DNA of 64,000 nt from Alphaproteobacteria bacterium (GTDB taxonomy: Bacteria > Pseudomonadota > Alphaproteobacteria > UBA8366 > GCA-2717185), in assembly GCA_012103325.1 (NCBI GenBank), contig WLWY01000001.1, positions 1,508,986 through 1,572,985 of the forward strand, read 5' to 3'. Shown here one piece after another: positions 20,144 to 31,654 of this stretch. The notes under the pieces are model-generated. The model saw nothing but the letters and a program-made list of their open reading frames with translations, ran no database searches and had not been told where the DNA came from. The stretch's first letter is position 1; every line of letters starts with the position of its first letter. Made by a program: the position numbers and the translations under genes.

Positions 20144-21364
20144 ATGGCGCGCATTGTACAGAAATTCGGCGGTACTTCGGTCGGCGACCTCGACCGCATT
20201 CGGCACGTTGCCAGCCGGGTAAAGGCGGAATACGACCGCGGTAACGAAATCGCCGTCGTACCCTCGGCGATGTCCGGCGTGACCAACGATCTGGTTGGGA
20301 AGGTCAACGCGATCAGCCGGCTGCACGATACCCGCGAATACGACGTCGTCGTGGCGTCCGGGGAGCAAGTGACCTGCGGGCTGTTGGCGATCGCGCTGCA
20401 GGCGATCGGCGTGCCGGCGCGGTCCTGGCTCGGTTGGCAGGTTCCCGTCCATACCGACGAGGTGCACGGCAAGGCGCGCATCAGCGGGGTCGATCCCCAG
20501 AATATTGCCGGGCAATTCGCCGATGGCGTCGTCGCTGTGGTGGCGGGATTTCAAGGGGTTTCGCCACGGGGCCGGATCACGTCGCTGGGCCGCGGTGGGT
20601 CGGATACCTCGGCGGTGGCGCTGGCCGCCGCGCTCGATGCCGACCGGTGCGACATCTATACGGATGTCGACGGGGTCTATACCTCTGACCCCCGCATCGT
20701 CACGAAGGCACGCAAGCTTGAGAAGATCACCTACGAGGAAATGCTCGAGATGGCGTCGCAGGGGGCGAAAGTCCTGCAGACCCGGGCTGTCGAGCTGGCG
20801 ATGAATCGAGGCGTTCGGATGCAGGTCCGCTCGACCTTCGAAGATTTGCCGGGAACGCTGGTTGTTGATGAGGATGAAATTGTGGAACAGCAGGTCGTAA
20901 GCGGTATTGCCTATAGCCGGGACGAAGCGAAAATCACGCTTGTCAGCGTGGCGGATCAGCCGGGCGTGGCGGCGGGTATCTTCGGCCCGCTTTCCGATGC
21001 CAGCATCAATGTCGATATGATCGTCCAGAACGTTTCGGCGGACGGCAAGCGTACGGATATGACGTTTACGGTGGGAAAATCCGATTTCGACCGTGCGATA
21101 AAGGTGCTCGAGGATGTGCGCGAGACGATCAATTTCGAGTCGCTGAGCTCCGATCCTAACGTGGTCAAGGTGTCCGTGATCGGCGTGGGCATGCGGTCCC
21201 ATGCCGGTGTCGCGACGCAAATGTTCCAGGCCTTTGCCGAGAAGGGAATCAATATTCAGGTTATTTCCACATCGGAAATCAAGATTAGCGTGCTGATCGC
21301 GGAAGAATACACGGAACTGGCGTTGCGTTCTCTTCATACAGCTTATGGATTGGACGCCGACTGA
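20144..21364 (+). CDS. lysC: Aspartate kinase
   Basis: ORF 20114..21364 trimmed to ATG 20144 ([15 protein letters not shown]). Kinase core followed by a C-terminal ACT-domain region. Confidence 0.92.
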   Translation: MARIVQKFGGTSVGDLDRIRHVASRVKAEYDRGNEIAVVPSAMSGVTNDLVGKVNAISRLHDTREYDVVVASGEQVTCGLLAIALQAIGVPARSWLGWQVPVHTDEVHGKARISGVDPQNIAGQFADGVVAVVAGFQGVSPRGRITSLGRGGSDTSAVALAAALDADRCDIYTDVDGVYTSDPRIVTKARKLEKITYEEMLEMASQGAKVLQTRAVELAMNRGVRMQVRSTFEDLPGTLVVDEDEIVEQQVVSGIAYSRDEAKITLVSVADQPGVAAGIFGPLSDASINVDMIVQNVSADGKRTDMTFTVGKSDFDRAIKVLEDVRETINFESLSSDPNVVKVSVIGVGMRSHAGVATQMFQAFAEKGINIQVISTSEIKISVLIAEEYTELALRSLHTAYGLDAD

Positions 21365-21690
21365 ACATTTGGTGGCATGTCTCATAACTGCTCGCCAAAC
21401 AATAATTCGATTGCATCGGTTCTTCTGACGTAAACAAAAAATCTCTATTCATGCCGCGATTGCTTAGATGACGACTGGACGGGCCGCGTATTCGTCATTG
21501 CTACTACATCAGTGTCTTTATAGAATATTAATCGGTTAAGGTTAATTTCAGAGTGCAGGCTGCCGCTTCATTGTGAATTAATGGTCTTCGACGGGGCGGT
21601 GCATGCACGAGCGATTGGTTGGGGCATCTCGGGACGAGTATGTGTCGCAGCCGTACGTCGGATTGAAACTGGACGTGGATACCGCGCGCG

Positions 21691-23166
21691 ATGGCCAGAG
21701 GATTAGGAAAAAAAGTTCGGTCCGAGACGGTGTACCCTGAATCGGAAGTGGTGCCGCTAAAGCCTGTGGAAACGCCACCGGAGACCGTTGGCGGCTTGCT
21801 ACGGGAAAAACGCAAGAATTTCGGCGTCGATTTGAAGGAAGCTGCCGACTATTTATGCATTCGTCATTCCTATCTCCAGGCGATTGAAGAGGGCCGTGTC
21901 GACGATCTTCCGGGCGCCACCTATGCAATGGGATTCGTGCGAGCCTATGCGGATTATCTCGGGCTCGATGGACCCACGATCGTCGAATGCTACAAGAATG
22001 AAACGACGGAGCTGGGCGACGATGTTCGGTTGATATTTCCGTCGCCGACCCCGGAAGGGAAAATCCCGAGCGGGGCTATTCTGCTCATTGCGGTCGTGGC
22101 TTTGGCGGTAACCTATGGCGGATGGGTCTTCTTCGCCCAGCAGGACGTTAAAGTAGCCGAGCTCGTTCCATCCTTGCCGGAAAGTTTTGCCTCGTTCCTA
22201 GGATCGGATGAAACTAAAGCGTTAGACGCAGAACCAAAGGTGCCGCAGGCGGACGTAGCGACAACATCCGTTACCGAAACAGCGACACAAGAAACTGTGG
22301 CGAAAGTCGCAGTACCGGCTACGGATACATCGGAAACGAGCGCGCTGCCTAACGATTCCGTTGCTGCGGCGACCGAGCCTCCGTCTGAAAATACGGTGCC
22401 GGTACAAACAACGGAAACGACGGAAACAGCGGCGGCGGCGGAACGGCCCGTAGAGGCTGAGCCGGCAGCCGTGTCGCCAACATCTGCCGAAGCGGTTACG
22501 TCATCTTCTTCGGCATCGGTGGAAAATGTGGCAACCGCGCCGGTTCAGGAAACCTCGACGCCGGTTACGGACGCTACCGCGGAGACGACCTCATCCGATG
22601 AGAAACCAGTTGCGTCGCCCTTAGGGGCGACCGATACGCCTGAACCGGTAGCGAGCGCCGACAGTGCGGCGACGGTTGCTACGACGGAGCCTGTCGTGCA
22701 ACCGACGGTCACCGAGACTGCAGTGCCGGTGCAATCCAATCAAACCGCATCGGATACATTGCCTCAGTCCGCAGGTTCCGCCGAGGATCGCGTTGCCGTT
22801 ACGGAAGAGACGTCGCGCGATGTGGTTGCGGCGCTGCCGCCGAAACCGCCCGCGGTCGCTTCCGCCGAGCCGCGGCAATTTGGCAGTGAGAATCCGGAAG
22901 CCCGCGTCATGATTAAGGCGCGTGTCGACAGCTGGGTGGAAATCCGAGATCCCGATGGCAGTCTATTGCTGACCCGTGTCCTGCGCGCCGGTGACAGCTA
23001 CCGTGTCCCCGATCGTCCCGGTCTCTTGATGCTGACCGGCAACGCGGGCGGGTTGGAGATTCAGGTGGACGGTGAAGCTATCCCCGATCTCGGCCCGAAA
23101 GGCGCGGTTCGCCGCGGTGTCACGCTGGACGCCGACTCGTTGAAGGCCGGTGCGGGCCGACGTTGA
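21691..23166 (+). CDS. RodZ-like HTH membrane protein (XRE HTH + TM + low-complexity linker + DUF4115-like C-terminus)
   Basis: HTH LREKRKNFGVDLKEAADYLCIRHSYLQAIEEG. One TM helix ILLIAVVALAVTYGGWVFF. Long T/E/A/P/V/S-rich linker. C-terminal VMIKARVDSWVEIRD...GNAGGLEIQVDG. An in-frame stop at 21664-21666 limits upstream extension. Confidence 0.65.
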   Translation: MARGLGKKVRSETVYPESEVVPLKPVETPPETVGGLLREKRKNFGVDLKEAADYLCIRHSYLQAIEEGRVDDLPGATYAMGFVRAYADYLGLDGPTIVECYKNETTELGDDVRLIFPSPTPEGKIPSGAILLIAVVALAVTYGGWVFFAQQDVKVAELVPSLPESFASFLGSDETKALDAEPKVPQADVATTSVTETATQETVAKVAVPATDTSETSALPNDSVAAATEPPSENTVPVQTTETTETAAAAERPVEAEPAAVSPTSAEAVTSSSSASVENVATAPVQETSTPVTDATAETTSSDEKPVASPLGATDTPEPVASADSAATVATTEPVVQPTVTETAVPVQSNQTASDTLPQSAGSAEDRVAVTEETSRDVVAALPPKPPAVASAEPRQFGSENPEARVMIKARVDSWVEIRDPDGSLLLTRVLRAGDSYRVPDRPGLLMLTGNAGGLEIQVDGEAIPDLGPKGAVRRGVTLDADSLKAGAGRR

Positions 23167-23272
23167 GCGGTCAAAGCATTACCCGGGCAGGCTCCTAGCG
23201 CTTGATTATTCTTCTCGGGACGCGCACATTCGCCGCGCCGCCCGAACCAATTAGCAGTACGGTTTTGTAATT

Positions 23273-24517
23273 ATGACATCGCTTCAGCCTGTCCGAGGCA
23301 CGCACGATCTATTGCCGGACGAGATGCGCGCGCACCGCCGCGTGTCCGAGGTCGCGCGCGACGCCGCGTCGCGCTACGGCTTTGACGAAATGGCGACTCC
23401 GATGTTCGAGTTCAGTCAGGTGTTCAAGCGGACCCTGGGCGACACGTCCGACGTCGTAACGAAGGAAATGTACACCTTTGTGGACAAGGGGGGCGACGAG
23501 ATCACGCTGCGGCCGGAGAACACGGCCGGCGTGGCACGAAGCTTCATCTCTGAGGGATTGGCGCAGAGCGTGCCGGTGAAGTTCTTCTATAGCGGGCCGA
23601 TGTTTCGTTACGAACGGCCGCAGAAGGGGCGCTTGCGGCAGTTCCATCAGATCGGCGTCGAGCTGATCGGCGTCGATCAGCCACAAGCTGACTTGGAAGT
23701 CATCGCGTGCGGCGCCCGCGTTCTGGACGAACTCGGCGTACTGGACAAAACGGTGCTGGAACTCAACACGCTGGGCGATACCGAGAGCCGCACCCGATAC
23801 CGCGAGGCGCTGGTGGCCTATTTCTCCGGTCACACACAGTCGTTATCGGCTGACAGCCAGGAGCGGCTGGAACGCAACCCGCTGCGGATCCTCGACTCGA
23901 AAAATGAGAAAGACCGGGAGATCGTGGCCGAAGCGCCAGTGTTCGGCGATTACCTGAACGAGGAAAGCCGCAATTTCTTCGCCGCCGTGCGCGATGGGCT
24001 GGATGCGCTGGAGATTGCCTATACGCTGAACCCGCGTCTGGTGCGCGGCCTGGATTACTATTGTCATACGGCGTTCGAATTCACGACCACGGCGTTGGGT
24101 GCACAAGGGGCGGTCATTGCCGGCGGACGTTACGATGGGCTGATCGGTATGATGGGCGGCAAGGAAACCCCCGGTGTCGGTTGGGCGGGCGGTATCGAAA
24201 GGCTTGCCTTGCTCAGCGATGCGGCGGTGCCGCCGCCGCGGCCGGTTGTCGTCGTGCCGGTTGGCGATGCCGCGCGTGATGTCGGGTTCGAACTGACCGA
24301 GCGGCTGCGCCGTACCGGATACCGCGTGGATATGGGCTATAGCGGCAATTTGAGCCGCCGGATGAAACGCGCTAACCGTCTTAACGCTGCCGCGACGATC
24401 CTCCTTGGAGATGAAGAGCTTGCGCGCGATGCCGCAACGGTACGCCATATGGATACGGGCGAGCAGGAAGAGGTTCCTCTGACCTCCCTCCCGGACTTTC
24501 TCGCCCCCTACCGATAG
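23273..24517 (+). CDS. hisS: Histidine--tRNA ligase
   Basis: Class II aaRS HisRS motifs LRPENTAGVAR, FRYERPQKGRLRQFHQ and AGGRYDGLI. 414 aa. Confidence 0.92.
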   Translation: MTSLQPVRGTHDLLPDEMRAHRRVSEVARDAASRYGFDEMATPMFEFSQVFKRTLGDTSDVVTKEMYTFVDKGGDEITLRPENTAGVARSFISEGLAQSVPVKFFYSGPMFRYERPQKGRLRQFHQIGVELIGVDQPQADLEVIACGARVLDELGVLDKTVLELNTLGDTESRTRYREALVAYFSGHTQSLSADSQERLERNPLRILDSKNEKDREIVAEAPVFGDYLNEESRNFFAAVRDGLDALEIAYTLNPRLVRGLDYYCHTAFEFTTTALGAQGAVIAGGRYDGLIGMMGGKETPGVGWAGGIERLALLSDAAVPPPRPVVVVPVGDAARDVGFELTERLRRTGYRVDMGYSGNLSRRMKRANRLNAAATILLGDEELARDAATVRHMDTGEQEEVPLTSLPDFLAPYR

Positions 24518-24523
24518 CTGCCT

Positions 24524-25804
24524 ATGATGGCGGGTGCGCAGATGCGACCTTTCGTCGTTGGCGCGAACCATCGCTCCAGCAGTGTCCTGCTGCGCGACCG
24601 GCTGTTTTTGGACGAGTCCAAGGCGCCGGTGTTCCTGAGCCAGCTTGCCGACCGCGGCATTGCACAGGCCATCGTTTTGTCGACCTGTGACCGGGTCGAG
24701 ATTCAGGCTGCGTCGCCGGATCCGGAAGCTAGCGGTCGGGTCGTTCGGGACTTGCTGATGCGCGCATCCGGACAGCCCGCTGAAGCCATCGGCGATCAAT
24801 TATATCAACTGTCCGATGATGCCGCGGTTCGCCATATCTTTGCCGTTGCGGCATCGCTCGACAGTCAGACGATCGGCGAACCGCAGGTGTTGGGGCAGGT
24901 CAAGGACGGCCACCGTTTCGCGCAGGCGCACGGCATGGTGGGCGGTGAGCTGGATGCGCTGTTGCAGGCGGCTTACGGCACTGCAAAACGGGTTAGGACG
25001 GAAACCGAGATCGGACACCGGCCGGTGTCGATCGCCGCTGCGGCGGGCCGTATCGCGCGTGACGTTCAGGGCGATCTCGAATCCGCCAGCGTACTCGTTG
25101 TCGGTCTCGCCGATATGGGTGAGATTATCGTCGAGCAGTTTCGCACTGCCGGCGCAGCCCGGTTCGTGATGACTGGCCCGTCGCGCCGGACAGAGGCCGC
25201 GGCGCGGCGTGGCGGCTATACCTTCGCGCCATTCGAGACTCTCGACCACGCCATGAAAGATGCGGAGATAATCGTCGCTGCAGCGGGCACCGGGCGGTTT
25301 CTGATCGCGCCGGAGGCAATGGAGAAGGCGCTCGCAATGCGCCGGCGGCGGCCCGTGCTCTTGATTGATGCCGGTGTTCCCGGGGATATCGATCCGAGCG
25401 TTGCGGAACTGGACGGGGCGTTTCTGTTTACGCTCGACGACCTCGAGCGAGTTGCGATGGAGGGCCGCTCGACTCGCGGCGCGGCGGCGCAAGGCGCCTG
25501 GGAAATTGTCGATCAGGAAGTGGAAACGTGGCGGCGAAGCGTTGCGGCGCGGGACGCCGTGCCGGCGATCGTCGCGCTGCGTGCGCATTTCGAAGCGGCG
25601 CGCGATGAATTATTGGCCGCCGAACCGGGCGCGGATGCGGCGGAGGTGACGCGCATGCTGGTCAACCGCTTGCTGCATGAGCCCAGCCGTGCCATGCGTG
25701 ACATTGCGGAGGCGGAAAGTGGTGGTGGGCGTTTGGGTGCTGCCGAGCAGCTCTTGCGCCGGCTATTCGAACTCCGTTCGAAAGAGGACAGGGAACAGTC
25801 ATGA
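24524..25804 (+). CDS. hemA: Glutamyl-tRNA reductase (GluTR)-like protein
   Basis: Collinear with GluTR as I remember the E. coli protein: GANHRSS, active-site Cys in [34 protein letters not shown]. The dinucleotide motif reads GLADMG (see findings). ATG 24542 (MRPFVVG) is an alternative start. Confidence 0.8.
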   Translation: MMAGAQMRPFVVGANHRSSSVLLRDRLFLDESKAPVFLSQLADRGIAQAIVLSTCDRVEIQAASPDPEASGRVVRDLLMRASGQPAEAIGDQLYQLSDDAAVRHIFAVAASLDSQTIGEPQVLGQVKDGHRFAQAHGMVGGELDALLQAAYGTAKRVRTETEIGHRPVSIAAAAGRIARDVQGDLESASVLVVGLADMGEIIVEQFRTAGAARFVMTGPSRRTEAAARRGGYTFAPFETLDHAMKDAEIIVAAAGTGRFLIAPEAMEKALAMRRRRPVLLIDAGVPGDIDPSVAELDGAFLFTLDDLERVAMEGRSTRGAAAQGAWEIVDQEVETWRRSVAARDAVPAIVALRAHFEAARDELLAAEPGADAAEVTRMLVNRLLHEPSRAMRDIAEAESGGGRLGAAEQLLRRLFELRSKEDREQS

Positions 25805-26868
25805 GCATGGAAGAAAAGTTCGACAGTCTGATCGCACGGCACGATGAGCTGGCGGCGTTGATGTCTTCGGGAGATCTAGCCCCCTCCGAGTTCACGGCAT
25901 TGTCGATGGAGTACGCCGAGCTGTCGCCGGTCGTCGAAAAGGTCAAGGAGCTGAAGGACGCGCGCGCAGAGCTCGCGGACCTGGCCGAGCTCGAAACGGA
26001 TGGCGACGCGGAAATGAAGGAAATGGCGGAAGTTGAGTCCCGCGCCCTGAAAGCACGCCTGCCGGAGATCGAACAGGAACTGCGCGTGATGCTGTTGCCC
26101 AAGGACGCAGCAGACGCCAAGAACGCGATCCTGGAAGTGCGTGCTGGCACCGGCGGCGATGAGGCGTCGCTGTTCGCCGCCGAACTGTTTCGCATGTACC
26201 AGCGCTATGCGGATCTTCGCGGTTGGAAGTTCGAGCCGATGAGTATCAGCGACACGGAGCTGGGGGGCTATAAGGAAGCGTCGGCGCTGATTTCCGGACG
26301 CGGCGTTTTTGCGCGTCTGAAGTTCGAGTCGGGTGTGCATCGGGTACAGCGGGTGCCGACGACGGAATCCGGCGGCCGTGTCCATACGTCTGCGGCGACG
26401 GTGGCAGTGCTGCCCGAGGCGGAAGAAGTCGATGTGCAAATCGACGACAAGGACCTGCGGGTCGATATCTTCCGCGCTAGCGGCCCCGGCGGGCAGTCGG
26501 TGAATACCACCGACAGCGCGGTACGCATTACCCATATTCCGACGGGCATTGTGGTATCGCAGCAGGACGAAAAATCTCAACACAAGAACCGCGCGAAGGC
26601 GATGAAGATTCTGCGCGCGCGTATCTACGATCATGAACGCGAGCAGCTTGATGCAGCCCGGGCCGCGGACCGGCGCAGCCAGGTGGGCAGCGGCGACCGG
26701 TCGGAGCGAATTCGGACCTATAACTTTCCGCAGGGCCGCGTTACCGACCATCGGATCAATCTGACGCTGCATAAGATCGACAAGATCATCAATGGCGAGG
26801 TTCTCGACGAAGTCATCGATCCGTTGATCTCGGACGATCAGGCTGCGCGCTTGAGCAGTCTCGAGTGA
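25801..26868 (+). CDS. prfA: Peptide chain release factor 1
   Basis: GGQ motif ([11 protein letters not shown]) and RF1 recognition region [17 protein letters not shown]. The start overlaps the hemA stop (ATGA). Confidence 0.95.
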   Translation: MSMEEKFDSLIARHDELAALMSSGDLAPSEFTALSMEYAELSPVVEKVKELKDARAELADLAELETDGDAEMKEMAEVESRALKARLPEIEQELRVMLLPKDAADAKNAILEVRAGTGGDEASLFAAELFRMYQRYADLRGWKFEPMSISDTELGGYKEASALISGRGVFARLKFESGVHRVQRVPTTESGGRVHTSAATVAVLPEAEEVDVQIDDKDLRVDIFRASGPGGQSVNTTDSAVRITHIPTGIVVSQQDEKSQHKNRAKAMKILRARIYDHEREQLDAARAADRRSQVGSGDRSERIRTYNFPQGRVTDHRINLTLHKIDKIINGEVLDEVIDPLISDDQAARLSSLE

Positions 26869-27713
26869 CTGATATCCGTGCGTGTCTGGCGGAAGGCGCC
26901 GACCGGCTGGCGGGTGCGGGTATCGCCAATGCATGGCGCGAAGCGCGCCTGTTGTTGGCGCACGCCACGGGCTTCAGCCAGGCCATGCTGATCGGCTATC
27001 CGGAACGCGTGGTCGACGCTTATGACCAGTATGCCCGCCTCGTCGAGCGCCGCGCCGCGCGCGAGCCGATGTCGCATCTCACCGGCCGCCGGGAGTTTTG
27101 GAGCCTGGACTTCGAGGTGACGCCCGACACGCTCGATCCGCGCCCGGACAGCGAGGCGGTGGTGGAGGCAGCGCTTGAATTCCTGCCGGATTTGGCTGCA
27201 AAACTCCGAATCGCCGACTTGGGTACCGGAACCGGATGCTTGTTGGCGGCACTTCTTTCGATGCTGCCCGCTGCGCAGGGGATTGGCGTGGACCGTAGTA
27301 GGGCCGCCGCCGCCGTCGCCTGCCGTAACCTGATGCGGTTGGGGTTGGCCGACCGAGCACATGTCATCGTGGGCGATTGGGCCGGGGCGTTGGGTGGTCC
27401 GTTTGATCTGATCGTTGCCAATCCACCCTACATTCCATCTGCGGAGGTCGCGTCCTTGCAGCCGGAAGTCGCTCTGTTCGAGCCAGTTTCGGCGCTTGAT
27501 GGCGGGACGGACGGGTTCGACTCTATCAGAGCAGTTGCTGCGGCATTGCCGGCGCTCCTCGCGGACGGAGGCGCCGCAGTGATTGAATTCGGTGACGGTC
27601 AGGACGGGGCGGTGACACAAATTGCCGGTGAGGTGGGACTCTTCGTTCGGGACGTGCGCAAAGATCTTGCCGGGCGGACGCGTTGCATGGTTTGTGCATT
27701 AACCGAATCGTAA
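26865..27713 (+). CDS. prmC: Release factor glutamine N5-methyltransferase PrmC (HemK)
   Basis: IVANPPYIP (NPPY) and SAM motif DLGTGTGC. The start codon (GTG 26865) overlaps the prfA stop by 4 nt. Confidence 0.9.
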   Translation: MTDIRACLAEGADRLAGAGIANAWREARLLLAHATGFSQAMLIGYPERVVDAYDQYARLVERRAAREPMSHLTGRREFWSLDFEVTPDTLDPRPDSEAVVEAALEFLPDLAAKLRIADLGTGTGCLLAALLSMLPAAQGIGVDRSRAAAAVACRNLMRLGLADRAHVIVGDWAGALGGPFDLIVANPPYIPSAEVASLQPEVALFEPVSALDGGTDGFDSIRAVAAALPALLADGGAAVIEFGDGQDGAVTQIAGEVGLFVRDVRKDLAGRTRCMVCALTES

Positions 27714-28065
27714 TTAGGGGTGGTGCTTGTTAGAGATGTTCGCTTGATATCCGGGCGCGATTCCAATGGATTGGCTTTGATATGCACTGCGCTTTGGAAA
27801 TCTGAGCGATTTCTCGCATTCGTCACTGTATTGGGAGCGAATCGGGTAATATTTTGCGGCATAGTGTCGCGTGGACTTCTGAGACTGCACGGGATGCTGT
27901 AAAAATTTTTCGACGGGCCATGAGGTTAGCCGGTACCGGCGGTGTGGCGCGTCGTTGCGCTTGATATGGCATCATAGCCGGCTAGTATGTGCCCGCCTCG
28001 CCTTTGTGAATTGCGATGTTGCGGTGAGGTTTGTGGGTACGGAGCGGATACGCGGCCGTTTTGGG

Positions 28066-28923
28066 ATGGGAGTAGCGAACGTGAAAGCACGACTTGCCGC
28101 GCTTGCGGCGGTTCTCGCTGGCGCATTTTGCGCTGGGGGCGCCATGGCATCCGAGCCGAGAAATTGGCAGCTGGGTTTGCAGGAGCCAGCGTCGGTTACC
28201 ATGGAGCGGATTGATGACTTCCATGATTTCGTGACCATCATAGCAACGGTTATTGCGTTGTTTGTGATGGTCTTGCTGTTGATCGTGATCTTCCGTTTCA
28301 ACGAAAAAGCAAATCCGAAACCGTCGACGACGACGCACAATCTGTTGCTCGAGGTTTTATGGACTGCGGTTCCAGTGATTATCCTGGTGGTGATTGCAAT
28401 CCCGTCCTTCAAACTGATGTATTTTGCGGACCGGGTCGAAGATCCGGATATGACCCTCAAGATCATTGGGCATCAGTGGTACTGGTCCTATGAGTATCCC
28501 GATCATGGCAACTTCACCTTCGATGCGAATATGGTGAGTGAGGAGGAAGTTGCAAAAGACTCGAAGCTGAAGCGGAACATGGATACGGATTTCCGTGTCG
28601 TTTTGCCAGTTGGCAAAAAAGTACAAATCCTGATGACAGCGGATGATGTGTTGCACAACTGGGCTGTCCCCGCGTTTGGCATCAAACTCGATACCGTTCC
28701 GGGCCGCTTGAACGAAACCTGGGTGGAGATCAACAAGCCGGGCGTCTATTACGGATTCTGTTCCGAACTTTGCGGCGTCAATCACTCCTACATGCCGATT
28801 GTCGTCGAGGCCGTCTCTCCGAAAGATTTCGAGAAATGGGTAAAGAAGGCTCAGAAAGAGTTCGCTAAGACGGAAGAGGCGCCGCCAGCCGTGCGCTTCG
28901 CGAAGAACCAAGCCGCCAACTAA
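28066..28923 (+). CDS. ctaC: Cytochrome c oxidase subunit II
   Basis: ORF 27955..28923 trimmed to ATG 28066. Signal/TM region, then the CuA site CSELCGVNHSYM. Confidence 0.9.
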   Translation: MGVANVKARLAALAAVLAGAFCAGGAMASEPRNWQLGLQEPASVTMERIDDFHDFVTIIATVIALFVMVLLLIVIFRFNEKANPKPSTTTHNLLLEVLWTAVPVIILVVIAIPSFKLMYFADRVEDPDMTLKIIGHQWYWSYEYPDHGNFTFDANMVSEEEVAKDSKLKRNMDTDFRVVLPVGKKVQILMTADDVLHNWAVPAFGIKLDTVPGRLNETWVEINKPGVYYGFCSELCGVNHSYMPIVVEAVSPKDFEKWVKKAQKEFAKTEEAPPAVRFAKNQAAN

Positions 28924-28932
28924 GACGCTTAG

Positions 28933-30534
<1,602 letters not shown>

Positions 30535-30571
30535 CATTGGCGCAACATAAAGATCATGGGGGACGTTTAAG

Positions 30572-31483
30572 GTGAGCGATACCGCATACCGCACCATTGA
30601 GCGGTCGGAACTGGAGCTAGCGGAGCCGGGCGACTATTTCGCCTTGCTCAAGCCCCGTGTGGTGTCGCTCGTCGTCTTCAGTGGCTTGGCCGGGCTGCTC
30701 GTTGCGCCGGGTTCCATTCACCCGCTGATTGCCGCCGTCGCGGTGTTGTGTATCGCCGTGGGGGCAGGCGCTTCCGGTGCGATTAACATGTGGTACGACC
30801 GGGACATCGACGCGGTAATGGAACGGACGCGTCGGCGACCGATTCCGACCGGCCTGATTGCACCGGGCGATGCGCTCGGCTTCGGAATTGTGTTGGCCGC
30901 CGGATCTGTCGCGATCATGGGGCTCGCGGTGAATGTCATGGCCGCCGCGTTGTTGGCGGCAGCCATACTGTTCTACGTCTTCGTCTACACAATGTGGCTG
31001 AAGCGCCGCACGCCGCAGAATATCGTTATTGGAGGTGCGGCGGGTGCGTTTCCGCCGATGATCGGGTGGGCGGCCGTCACAGGATCGGTCAGTGCCGAGT
31101 CTGCCTTGTTGTTCGCGTTGATCTTCTTCTGGACGCCGCCGCATTTTTGGGCACTGGCACTTTACCGCAGTGGCGATTACGAGAAAGCCGGAATCCCGAT
31201 GCTGCCCGTCGTCGCGGGCAAAGTCGAAACCAAGAAACAGATGATCCTCTATACCGCCTTGCTGATCCCGCTGGGCATCGCGCCGGTGTGGCTTGGCTTC
31301 GTCGGCTGGGCTTATGGCATCGCCGCGGGCATTCTCGGCATCATCTTCTTTGCGGCTGCGATCGCGGTCTGGTTCGATCAGACGGACCGGTCCGCGAAGC
31401 GGATGTTTGGGTATTCGATTTTTTATCTGTTCGCACTGTTTGCGGTCATGGTGGCCGATGCGTCACTTGGCTTCGGCGGATAG
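30572..31483 (+). CDS. ctaB: Protoheme IX farnesyltransferase (heme O synthase)
   Basis: UbiA-family prenyltransferase (NMWYDRDIDAVMERT). GTG start at 30572. Polytopic membrane protein within the cox cluster. Confidence 0.9.
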   Translation: MSDTAYRTIERSELELAEPGDYFALLKPRVVSLVVFSGLAGLLVAPGSIHPLIAAVAVLCIAVGAGASGAINMWYDRDIDAVMERTRRRPIPTGLIAPGDALGFGIVLAAGSVAIMGLAVNVMAAALLAAAILFYVFVYTMWLKRRTPQNIVIGGAAGAFPPMIGWAAVTGSVSAESALLFALIFFWTPPHFWALALYRSGDYEKAGIPMLPVVAGKVETKKQMILYTALLIPLGIAPVWLGFVGWAYGIAAGILGIIFFAAAIAVWFDQTDRSAKRMFGYSIFYLFALFAVMVADASLGFGG

Positions 31484-31500
31484 CACGGATGGGGGTGCAG

Positions 31501-31650
31501 ATGGCAATGACGGAAAACAGCGACAAGCGCCGGTATCCAAGTGAGGTACACAAGCGGCAGCGGTCCAAGAACCTCACCATGTTGGCGGTATTGGTCGGCC
31601 TGGTCGTGTTGTTCTATGCCGTCTCGATCATCCGGATGAGTTTCGAGTAA
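31501..31650 (+). CDS. Small single-TM protein between ctaB and ctaG (CoxF-like position)
   Basis: This is the last 49 codons of track ORF 30790..31650, starting at ATG 31501: MAMTENSDKRRYPSEVHKRQRSKNLTMLAVLVGLVVLFYAVSIIRMSFE. It fills the only gap between ctaB and ctaG. The call rests on position only. Confidence 0.45.
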   Translation: MAMTENSDKRRYPSEVHKRQRSKNLTMLAVLVGLVVLFYAVSIIRMSFE

Positions 31651-31654
31651 CGTC

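Noticed and set aside
20117-21385. A 422-aa antisense ORF covers all of lysC. Similar long antisense ORFs lie opposite secA (119..766), ppiC (1332..2309), prfA (25876..26934), gcvP (52343..53863), smc (57804..58985), the M32 peptidase (34783..35787) and fumC/CoA-transferase (12599..13534).
   Set aside because: Their translations are Arg/Pro/Gly/His-rich and low in complexity, with no recognisable motifs. The opposite strand in each case encodes an unmistakable conserved protein. Long stop-free antisense frames are the expected by-product of high G+C codon bias.
22150-22900. A long T/E/A/P/V/S-rich low-complexity stretch with quasi-repetitive DNA (acggaaac / accgagac words).
   Set aside because: It sits between the TM helix and the DUF4115-like domain of a RodZ-like protein, where disordered periplasmic linkers are usual. 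I found no exact tandem repeat unit.
27958-27980. A possible FNR/FixK box (TTGAT-N4-ATCAA) in ttgatatggcatcat upstream of ctaC.
   Set aside because: The right half-site does not match at N4 spacing (CATCA), and only matches approximately at N5. This is not good enough to call.
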